Below, in pieces: positions 35,500 through 45,484 of a stretch of 45,484 nucleotides of DNA; position 1 is the first letter of the stretch, and each line of letters begins with the position of its first letter. The stretch is from NCBI RefSeq assembly GCF_001194135.2, contig NC_068985.1, forward strand, positions 27,345,476 through 27,390,959, in the 5' to 3' direction. The DNA is from Octopus bimaculoides. Lineage: Eukaryota. The translations under genes and the position numbers were made by a program. The notes beneath the pieces are model-generated. The model made no database searches. It saw nothing but the letters and a program-made list of their open reading frames with translations, and was not told where the DNA came from.

Positions 35500-37010
35500 C
35501 CTTATCTTTTTTGTTGTGGAAATTTGAAGGGTGTATGAATGAGTTACGGAAAGACAGAGACACCAACTTGACGCATGACCTCTTTGTGGACGATCACCTT
35601 TGAAGGTATAGGTTAGAAACATGACTATGAGAAGCTCTGTAATTTGTTTTCGACATTCTAAAAAGTGGTTCTGATTGTAAAACGAGGACAAACTACAAGT
35701 CAGTCTAGCAACATCTCTATCTATAGCCTGACTTAGTCCTTGGCACCTGACGAAGAATGCTAGAGATACTTAAGGATGGGCAAAAATATATCGCATGAAA
35801 GCACATATAACAGGAAACTCGTAACCAGGGAATATTACAACCAGCCGAAAAATAAAAAATGTTCATTTAAGCTCTCTGCAGGCAATAAATCAGCGACCTA
35901 CATACAATATATTTGTTATACTAGAACTAATATCAACATTTGGGTTACTCGACAGGACGCCAAAGTAAAACTGCATCATTGATGTTAAAACCTGAATGCT
36001 ACTAACCATCACCAGAAATTTCCACATCAATAGCGATATTGACTGCCTCCGACTAAAACGAAAAGATGGATGCAGAAGCTTAGCATCAATCCAAGCAGAA
36101 TTTGAATGCTGCATCCCTTAGAGAACATCTACTAACCACCAAGTATCGAAGTACATTAATTGATCAAGTTTGTACACATGAGGCAAATAACATCACGAGA
36201 GTTGGGAAGAAGCTTCTCAGAAAGTATTCCCTGAGTAAAATTAGATATACAATTGCAGTGATGCTGCATAGGTCTACTGCTATAGAACATCAGATGAATG
36301 ACTTTCTGCTGATAAGCAGAAAGCCATGGTTACGTTGTCATTAAAGTTCAGAGTGACAGTATTACAGATAACAAAGTACTCTATCTTACACGAACAGCCG
36401 TTATATTCGCTGTCATTTTGAAGAGTTATCTTTTGTGACCCCCGACCATTGTGATTCAATACCAACAAAATACCCGATGAACGAAAGTGACACTGATGCA
36501 GGTAAATCGCCTGGATGTGACCACCAATGCTTGTTCTGCGAAATTAACATCGAAGATATAACCCGCATCTTAAGCATTTGTCCAAAATTGTCATCACAAA
36601 ATTGCCATCACCACAATCTATCTACCTTCGAGAAAAACTGTAATTGCCAAAATACTATATAATGCAATGCCTAGAAAGGATAAACTGAAAATCTTCATTA
36701 GAATAATTCTAAAATAGAAGTTACTGCAATGTGGTGAGCATACCAATAATATGAGAGATTACTGGTGGAATATACCTGTCAAGACCGCTTAAAAATGTAG
36801 TCATAACAGAAAACCTGATATAATGATCTCGGACAGAGAAATGAAAGTATGCTAAGCAGTGTAAGTCAGTTGTCCGGCATTTAACAGAAAGAGAAAAAGA
36901 GAACATGTATACTAAACTAATGTGAGATCTGTAGCTACTACGTTCTAACTATAACTTTTAGATTTATTCCTATGTTTAATGGAGTACTTGTAACTATCTG
37001 CCTCAACCAG
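35500..37010 (+). mobile_element. R4/Dong-like LINE, RT motif to RLE (copy 6)
   Basis: RT motif THDLFVDD; IDVKT*MLLTITRNFHINSDID; CLFCEINIEDITRILSICPKLSS; YWWNIPVKTA*KCSHNRKPDI..VSCPA (PD-(D/E)xK region). Confidence 0.85.
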
Positions 37011-37079
37011 AAATGACATTGATAATGAAAAAAAATCGTAACTAGCTATTCTAGGCGAACTATCCGTCAGGAATTACCA

Positions 37080-37400
37080 TGTATTTGCATCTGTATACGC
37101 GAACCTGAGCAAGAATTTTTTCTTGGGAAGACGAGCAGTGTGGTCCATCCATATAAGTATCCTTTCTCCACCTGTCCATGTTGTTCTGATGAAAAAAAGC
37201 TGGAACAGATAACGCATAACATCTTGTCTGGTGCTCTCACAGTTCCGTCAATGCATCGCTTTCTATTGGTAATTTTTATCAATCCAGAAATAATGAAAAG
37301 TTAAGTGATCTTATTGAACTCGCAGTGCTGCAATCGGAACAGAGACTACGAGGCAGTTTATCCAATGTCCTAATCACTTCGCCTATTCATCGCTTGTATT
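37080..37400 (+). mobile_element. Different RLE-type LINE 3' remnant (HERO/NeSL-like)
   Basis: TCPCC..LEQITHNILSGA (knuckle) and DLIELAV (cf. IIELTVP). Confidence 0.35.
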
Positions 37401-37621
37401 GGAGCTGCAAAAGTAAAACATTTCAGAAGTAGGTGTAGCTATGTGGTAAGAAGTTTGCTTCCCAACCACATGATTCCAAGTTCAGTCCTACCTAAAAAGC
37501 TTTGCTTCTGAGGTGGAGACCGAATTTTTCTGTATTGAAAAATTTGACAAATAAGCGAGAAAATCAGTCATATATTCTTAAGTATACAACAAATATAGAT
37601 GCATTGTGTACCTACTTTATA

Positions 37622-38010
37622 ATATCTTTTACTTGTTTCAGTCATTAAACTACGGCCATGCTGGGGCACTGCCTTGAAGGGTTTAGTCGAACAAATGGAC
37701 ACCAGCACTTAATTTTTTAAGCCTGTTAATATGTTATCGGTTTCTTTTGCCAAACCGCTAATGTACGGGGGTGTAAACACAATAATACCCGTTGTCAAGC
37801 GGGTGCAAACACAAAGGTACGCGTACGCAGACATACACATATGTGACAGGCTTCTTTCAGTTTCTGTCTACCAAATTCACTTGCAAGGCTTTGGTTGGTC
37901 CATGGCTCTAGTAAAATACACTTCTCCAAGCTGTCACATAGTGGGACTGAACCCTGAACCATATGGTTTGGAAGCAAACTTCTTACCACATAGACACACT
38001 TGCACGTATA
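37622..38010 (-). mobile_element. SINE family A
   Basis: Reverse complement of head and body. Confidence 0.85.
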
Positions 38011-38477
38011 TAAAACCATATTCTTGAATATTTCTAAATCAACAAACAATCTTTAAGTTTTGTAGATTTCAATATATAATATTGAATATATTTTTAAAAA
38101 ACATTTGCCATTAAATTCAAGCTTTGGAATTTGGTTAATCCATTATTTATATTATCTAACGGTCCTCTCAATACTTTCTGCTGATATGATACTTTCACTT
38201 TGAAGTATGAACAATCTGCTGCATTTGATAAACTTTATCTACACATTAAAAACACGTTTATATCATATTCATACTTCTCGGCGTCTGTTATAAAACATAG
38301 TTTCAGATAAATACAGCGCTGATAAATATCGTCGCTATATTTATCATTCATTCATTTAGCGATCTCAGTCGAGACAAACCCCACAGCACTTTTCCAAAGC
38401 TTACGATCCAACATTACAATATAGTTCTCTGAAGCATTTGAATTCAGGTGCAATTAATTATGAATCGTTTTCCTTTT

Positions 38478-38936
38478 TCTGTTTCTATTTTACTTGTATC
38501 AGTCATTGGACTGCAGTCATGCTGGGGCACCAACTTAAAGGGTTTTAGTGGAGCAAATCGCCCCCAATACTTATATATATNNNNNNNNNNNNNNNNNNNN
38601 NNNNNNNNNNNNNNNNNNNNNNNNNNNNNNNNNNNNNNNNNNNNNNNNNNNNNNNNNNNNNNNNNNNNNNNNNNNNNNNNNNNNNNNNNNNNNNNNNNNN
38701 NNNNNNNNNNNNNNNNNNNNNNNNNNNNNNNNNNNNNNNNNNNNNNNNNNNNNNNNNNNNNNNNNNNNNNNNNNNNNNNNNNNNNNNNNNNNNNNNNNNN
38801 NNNNNNNNNNNNNNNNNNNNNNNNNNNNNNNNNNNNNNNNNNNNNNNNNNNNNNNNNNNNNNNNNNNNNNNNNNNNNNNNNNNNNNNNNNNNNNNNNNNN
38901 NNNNNNNNNNNNNNNNNNNNNNNNNNNNNNNNNNNN

Positions 38937-38971
<35 letters not shown>

Positions 38972-39137
38972 ACATACGACAGGCTTCCACAGTTTCCGCT
39001 ACCTGCCAAATTCTCTCACAAGGCATTGATCAACCCTAGGCTACAGTAGAAGATATTTGTCCAACGTGCCACGCAGTGGAACTGAACGCGGAGCCACGTG
39101 GTTGCAAGGTAAGCTACTTAACTACAAAGCCATGTCT
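38478..39137 (-). mobile_element. SINE family A spanning gap 38581-38936
   Basis: Tail and body left of the gap, (CA)n and head right of it. Confidence 0.75.
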
Positions 39138-39544
39138 GAAGTCTCTTTTTTCTAAAAATAACGGAAACAAGGAAGCGCGTTACTGTGTCACGAGGTCATT
39201 ACATCACAACGTTACTACGTCACATGTGTGTTATGAGGTTCACCATTAACCGATGTTTTTCTTGAGATATTATTTCATTGTAGTTGCCAACTAACAATAG
39301 CGAGCTCATCTTCTGCTCCTGTGACATACCTATTCCTCATCAGACACAATCAAGTACTTCAAAGGTTTTTTGCTAGGGATCCGTAATCAAAAGCAGAGAC
39401 CCATACTAAGCACATTAAACTGGAACCGACTGAAGTAGTGACTAAACTTACTAAACGCGCTCTGCATGGTTTAGTTAACATACATTAAAACTTTGCTATT
39501 AATTTTTTCATTCAGTTATGGATTATTATTTACTTACTACTATA

Positions 39545-39760
39545 AAGTGATGAGCTGGCAGAATCGTTAGTACGCCGAGCAAAATGCTTAGCAGCATTTC
39601 GTCCGTCTTTACGTTCTGAGTTCAAAATTTTGCCGATGTCGACTTTGCCTTTCATCCTTTCGGGGTCGATAAAATAAGTATCAATTAAACACTGGGATCG
39701 ATGTAATCAACTATTCTCCCTCACCCGAAATTGCTGATCTTGTACCAAAAATTGAAATCA
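39545..39760 (+). mobile_element. SINE family B with AT-rich TSD
   Basis: TTACTACTATA at 39534-39544 and 39769-39779, extendable with one mismatch. Confidence 0.9.
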
Positions 39761-39800
39761 TTATTTATTTACTACTATATTTTGCATATGAAATCTCAAA

Positions 39801-39904
39801 GCTTAATGGTTAGGGTGTTGCACTCACGATCTTACGATCGTGGTTTCCACTCCAAGACTGGCAGTGCGTTGTATTCTTGAGCAAAACACTTCATCTCACG
39901 CTGC
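39801..39904 (+). mobile_element. tRNA-like SINE head (family C-related)
   Basis: TTAATGGTTAGGG..GGTTTCCACTCC..GTATTCTTGAGCAAAACAC. Confidence 0.6.
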
Positions 39905-39934
39905 ACACACACACACACACACACATGTAGGGCT

Positions 39935-40340
39935 TATTGAATGGTGTGAAGCACCAAAATGACAGTGCATTATGCTTCTTGTATTGTGGGTTTGTTGCTA
40001 GGCCCACGATTCACTACGTGGCATTGAACTTAGAAAGGACAACAGAGACAGTGATTCACAAACACTTTATCATGCATATATACTCAGCAAGGAATAAAGC
40101 AAAAGAGTTTCTGACTGCTTATAGTGGTTTACATCTGTACTCGGTTTGACATGGTGAATGCATGAATGCTGAGGGTAAGCAGGTTCTATAATATGAGCCA
40201 ATGGAACCCAAACATTCTCTGGTGACATCAGCACGACTCCAGACCAATAGAGGGAGCAATATTGTCGGAAAATGTAGAATTTATCGGGATCATCAACCGA
40301 CATAAAAGAAACGTGCTTCAGAGGCAAGTTGTATGTAAAA
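39935..40340 (+). mobile_element. Decayed RTE/RTE-X LINE 3' fragment
   Basis: VL*YEP-like remnant and C-terminal signature; weak. Confidence 0.3.
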
Positions 40341-40416
40341 TATAAAATATATCTTAAACAACTGTCTAGAAAGTTACGAGGTTTATTTATCATTGTATTT
40401 ATTGCATAATTTCCGG

Positions 40417-40418
<2 letters not shown>

Positions 40419-40480
<62 letters not shown>

Positions 40481-40490
40481 GTTGTTGTTA
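40419..40490. repeat. (ATT)n/(GTT)n microsatellite
   Basis: Directly visible. Confidence 0.97.
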
Positions 40491-40653
40491 AATGGATATA
40501 TAAATGACAGTAATTAAGTATATATAGTTTACCTTTAAAAGAAATATCTTTATGTTGGTGATAAAGTTGACAGTAATTTTGATACATAGTTTCTTTCTAA
40601 AATTACTGGAGGAAGTATTTTTCTTTCAGTTTATTCTTAACGAGTCTAGTTGC

Positions 40654-41200
40654 NNNNNNNNNNNNNNNNNNNNNNNNNNNNNNNNNNNNNNNNNNNNNNN
40701 NNNNNNNNNNNNNNNNNNNNNNNNNNNNNNNNNNNNNNNNNNNNNNNNNNNNNNNNNNNNNNNNNNNNNNNNNNNNNNNNNNNNNNNNNNNNNNNNNNNN
40801 NNNNNNNNNNNNNNNNNNNNNNNNNNNNNNNNNNNNNNNNNNNNNNNNNNNNNNNNNNNNNNNNNNNNNNNNNNNNNNNNNNNNNNNNNNNNNNNNNNNN
40901 NNNNNNNNNNNNNNNNNNNNNNNNNNNNNNNNNNNNNNNNNNNNNNNNNNNNNNNNNNNNNNNNNNNNNNNNNNNNNNNNNNNNNNNNNNNNNNNNNNNN
41001 NNNNNNNNNNNNNNNNNNNNNNNNNNNNNNNNNNNNNNNNNNNNNNNNNNNNNNNNNNNNNNNNNNNNNNNNNNNNNNNNNNNNNNNNNNNNNNNNNNNN
41101 NNNNNNNNNNNNNNNNNNNNNNNNNNNNNNNNNNNNNNNNNNNNNNNNNNNNNNNNNNNNNNNNNNNNNNNNNNNNNNNNNNNNNNNNNNNNNNNNNNNN
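40654..41200. other. Assembly gap
   Basis: N run. Confidence 1.
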
Positions 41201-41855
41201 NATATATATATATATATATATAAATATATATATATATGTATGTGTGTATGTGTGTGTGTGTGTTGCGTGAAATGAAGAATGATTACAATTTACCCATCGC
41301 ATCTTGTGTGATTTGATTTGATTTGATCTAGTTTCTGCTCATGAGCTGTGACCATGCTGCGGCATCGCCACTTGGTGTTGCTACATAACTTTACTTCACT
41401 AATTTTTTTTAGAAATTGATGTTTGGTGCATATTTATACATACATACATATATATATATATGTGTGAGTGTGTGTATGTGTGTGTGTGTGTGTATATGGC
41501 GTGTGTATATATATGCATGTATGTATATGTATGTGTATTTTATATGTAAATATATATGTATGTGTATACGTTAATGTATTCAATGTGACATCAGTGGTAT
41601 ATAATCTTTTGATATACGCTCGTTAATGGTTCTTATGGATTCATGCTATTGGTACTTTAACTAGCAGAACCTCTCTAATCTAGGTCGTTCTTTACAAACA
41701 GCATTTCCATGAGAATAATCCAAAAATAATACTGACAGTAATTAGTTAATCAAGAGCACAAATTGTCTGGACATTATTAAGTAGAATTTGTTTTGTTCTA
41801 GCAATGATAAAAGTTTGTGTTGTACGTTGACAAATTCACATATATACGTATATAT

Positions 41856-42080
41856 GTCATTATTCAGTTTATTTGAAGATTTCTTGCCAATAGAGAAAGA
41901 ACCGGTTTCTAGCCAAGATCCAAAGCTCCTTCATTGGAATTTCAACATCAACAACAGAATATTTTTGTTTGTTTATATGTATGTATGTGCAAATTTGTAT
42001 GTATGTATGTATGTATGTATGTATTCTCATGCATATAGTTGCATATCTAAACATGCTCATATATATTTAAATGATAAACT
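41856..42080 (+). mobile_element. TATG-embedded element, copy 5
   Basis: Full unit GTCATTATTCAG...AAATGATAAACT. Confidence 0.85.
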
Positions 42081-42169
42081 TGGTGTTACAAGGAGTTATG
42101 TTGGTCTCCCACTCAACTGCACCTACACATAGTAATCAAGAGTTTTGGAGTCTAAGGAGTTAGGTGTTT

Positions 42170-42282
42170 GGTCAGTCCAGGGTTATAATAGAAGGCACTT
42201 TTCCAATATGCTACGCAGTGAGACTAAACCCGAAACAATGTGGCCACAAACAGAGCTCCTTGACCCCTCAGCCATACTCATA
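42170..42282 (-). mobile_element. SINE family A head, diverged
   Basis: GCTACGCAGTGAGACTAAACCCGAAACAATGTGG resembles the reverse complement of the head. Confidence 0.6.
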
Positions 42283-42414
42283 TTAGTAGGGAATTTGAGA
42301 TATAGCTCAGATTTTTAAAGTAATGTATAACCCATAATTATACTTGAGAGAGGAAATAGAACAAGAGGGATTTGGAATATACTCACTTCTAAGCTGAATG
42401 TGTTCAATAATATC

Positions 42415-42632
42415 CTTTCTACTGGAGGCACAAGGCCTCAGATTTCGGGGGAGGGGTCTATTCAATTACATTGACCCCAGCATTTCACTGGTACTTAATT
42501 TATCGACCCCCGAATGGAAGAAAAGCAAAGTCGACCTTGGCGGAATTTGAACTCAGAACGTAACGACAAACTAAATGTCGCTAAGCATTTCATCCAGCGA
42601 GCTAACGATTCTGTCAGCTCGCGCCTTAATGG
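42415..42632 (-). mobile_element. SINE family B with 13-bp TSD
   Basis: TSD GTTCAATAATATC at 42402-42414 and 42633-42645. Confidence 0.92.
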
Positions 42633-42734
42633 GTTCAATAATATCGAGCTGCTTCTCTCCAGCACTGCCTCTCATTAAACAAATGAGGTTTTGCTTTGTA
42701 AGGATGATAGCAACAGCAGTTATACAATTAACCG

Positions 42735-43050
42735 GCACTCTGTTACGACAACGAAGGTTCCAGGTGATCCGATCAACGGAACGGCCTACTCGTGAAATTA
42801 ATGTGCAAGTGGCTGAACACTCCACAGACACGCGTACTCTAAATGTAGTTCTTATGGAGATTCAGCGTAACGCTCAATGTGACACGGTTGGCCTCTTTTA
42901 ATTACAAGTACAACTCCTTTTTGCTAGCTGAGTGGACTGGAGTAAAGTGAAATAAAGTGTCACGCTCAAGAACGCAACACACCACCAAGAATAGAAGTGT
43001 GACCATACGACCGTGAGCCGAACATGCTTAACAGCTAATCCACGACCCTT
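42735..43050 (-). mobile_element. SINE family C
   Basis: Shares its 3' region with 29277-29592; tRNA-like head at 42990-43050. Confidence 0.8.
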
Positions 43051-44396
43051 CGCTGTTATACAATAAGATACAATAGAATAACTTTACCACATATTATTTT
43101 CAGCCAATGAACAAAGATTTCTTTTCTGCGTTTCATCAGTAAAAAGTATCTGCTGGTATTGCATGCTAAGCAAAAATCGACCACTACTGATATAGTTAAA
43201 CAGTGATTGAAAGGTCGCTGACGTCATCTTCAGCCGAAGGCTCAATACAATTTCATAATTAGCGACGGAAGCAGTATTAGCTAAGAATGGCAATCTGTAT
43301 CTCATACTTAAAGCAGATATAGTGTTGAAATCCTGCTAAACTGCGATATTTGTCTCGGAAAAGCGTCTCTTATAGACATATATTAAAAATAGAAATATGT
43401 CAGCAGCACACAGCCATGCACAAACATAAGTAAAAGATGGCCAAACACTCATAATTGGCATTACGTCTTTTATAAAAGATGCTGCATAAACGAACACATA
43501 TTATGAAAAAATGCAGCCCTCGATTGGTCTTTACAGCTGTTTTAAAGGTTTAGCTGTTAGTCGATGCAATAATAGGGGTTGCGTAAACAGTTGTACATGC
43601 TGATGCAGTAATACACATCAAATAAAGAGAAATTATTATCAATACTTAAACTTGATACTTAAATATGTTTGAGCTGGAAGCATTGAAGCACCAAATTTTC
43701 TCTTCTGAAGGATGCGTTGCAAAATGCAAATTTTATAGTAGTAAACCGATATTTAAGAACATAGAAACATCGATAAAAGAACGAAGGAAGCGAGGGATTA
43801 GCATGAAATCATGAGGAAGAAAGGCTATGAGATCAAAAGCGAGAACATGTGAGTAAAAGTGAAGAAGAGAGAATAGGGGAGAGATAAGTATATGTATAGA
43901 AACAAGTATAGGAAAAAGAAAGGAGAGAATAGATGAAAGGGTCACATAGTCGGTTAGATTTAGACTTGTAAAAACATATCATAAATCTAACTTTGTGAAA
44001 AATAGAGTACAGAAGTAAGATCAAAAAGAATTCAGTAAAAGAAAGAAAGAAAAGAGGGAGAAAGCAAGCTAAGAATCTCCTGCTATGCGAGAGGCAAAAT
44101 GACCTTTCGGCGGCTGTAATATAGTATAAGCATCCAAGCGTGTGGTCAAAACTGGAGCTGCGAGAAAATGTAACAAAAAAACAAAACAAAAAAAAACGGG
44201 GAATGAGAAAATAAGCGAATAAGATAAAGAAGAATAATAAGTAAAGTCGTAAATGTATAAGAAAGTACTATAAAAATGATCATTATATACCTATAAACAA
44301 ATTTTAAAGACTTTAAAGTATTATAAGAAGAGGTATGTCATAATTCTAATTAGGTCCAGTTGATCTATGTAAACAGATCAAGGGATATACATATAT

Positions 44397-44397
<1 letters not shown>

Positions 44398-44436
<39 letters not shown>
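44398..44436. repeat. (TA)n microsatellite
   Basis: Directly visible. Confidence 0.97.
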
Positions 44437-44438
<2 letters not shown>

Positions 44439-44559
44439 TAGGTCGGGGATATCAGATTGAAACACAGGTTTATAGTTATTTAAGATAGTTGGAATATATT
44501 GATGTATAGTAAAAAGTAAACGTTTTAAAAATCGATGAGTGTAATTGCATCATACTGTT

Positions 44560-44800
44560 TATTAAAGAGCTGATCCCTTTTCTCATGTAATTTCCAGACA
44601 TTCCCTGCTGAACAGATTGCATACAATGCAACCACCTTGGTAAGATCTCCCAGTCCTAATAATTGAACAGTTAACATTATTAGCCTTGAGATAATGGATA
44701 CAATCTGCTAACGTGGTGAAAGATTTGTGCATGATGTTAGAAAATGAACTAGCATGAAATCAGTGGAAGGTGTAGTATATATTTTTGTCGAATCTAGAGA
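44560..44800 (-). mobile_element. Decayed RTE-like RT fragment
   Basis: QGGCIVCNLFS..NYMRK resembles RQGCILSPxLFNxYxExIMR. Confidence 0.35.
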
Positions 44801-45484
44801 TTCTAGATTCTCAATTCTGTACATTCGTTACAGCTTAATTCTTTGTCTCCAGCCGATTTCAACGCTTACTGACGTCAGTTCTTTGCTAACTCATGCTATT
44901 CCTTTTCGCCCCTCCCACCTTCTGAGCGTTAGCCGCTTCGTTATTGTGTATATGTCGTTTTGTTTACCGACTCTTTTCTCATGCATTGTCATTATCCCAC
45001 CTCATAAAATGACCTCCATTATTTTAACTGACCTTGGTCGTGCAACAAATTTTGACAGCGTCGCTGACGCACTTATCTTCCATCGCTCAAAAAGTTCCCG
45101 TTCTATTCACCCCAATCTCCCTCCCATAAGCTGTCTCTCATTATCATTATAAACTGTCTCTCATTATCACCTCCTTCTCTCTCTCTCTCTCTGCATCAAC
45201 GACTCCACATCACTCCTTTACAAAATTCATTTTCGGATCCGGAAATTTGTGACGAAAGCAATGTCTTCTAAACTGGCTCTCTGCAAACAGAGATGTGTTT
45301 CATGCAGTGAGCTTCTTCACTTGTCACAGCGAATCAATTTTTTTCAAGTTTTCTAACCAAGATTTCGTAGATTAATTTTTGCCACTAAAGACTATCACTA
45401 GTTTCTGTGCACTCCGATTGAAAAGCGCGTGCGGCAACACACAGACATCCACACACGTTACACACATGTTACGCACATGTCACA

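Noticed and set aside
28-45152. ORFs rich in MYVC/HTYI/CVCV/IYLS or X runs, e.g. 18143-18928, 12856-13344, 26872-27600, 40552-41223
   Set aside because: Translations of microsatellites or of N gaps; no coding signal
44754-45152. 132-aa ORF as a host gene
   Set aside because: Low-complexity S/L/I/F composition, no recognisable domain, partly antisense to an RTE remnant

Overview
AT-rich animal genomic DNA, dense in microsatellites, with 7 assembly gaps. The repeat families look like those of Octopus (coleoid cephalopod); this is inference from recognition, not a database hit. No host protein-coding gene, tRNA, rRNA or CRISPR array is supported. Nearly all listed ORFs are microsatellite translations, N-spanning artefacts or pieces of dead transposons. 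The window is a layered transposon graveyard: three or more tRNA-derived SINE families, six or seven fragments of an R4/Dong-like restriction-endonuclease LINE (all on the + strand), RTE LINE fragments, two Penelope-like relics, a Helitron relic, a Chapaev3-like transposase relic and a TTAA-flanked MITE. The most interesting signal is a short element with a tRNA-like Pol III head and a Penelope-type minimal hammerhead ribozyme in its 3' part, present as two head-to-head copies at 23842-24290. Also notable are a pre-miRNA-sized hairpin (26571-26635) and a (TATG)n-embedded element with five copies. Most boundaries of decayed elements are approximate (tens of bp).
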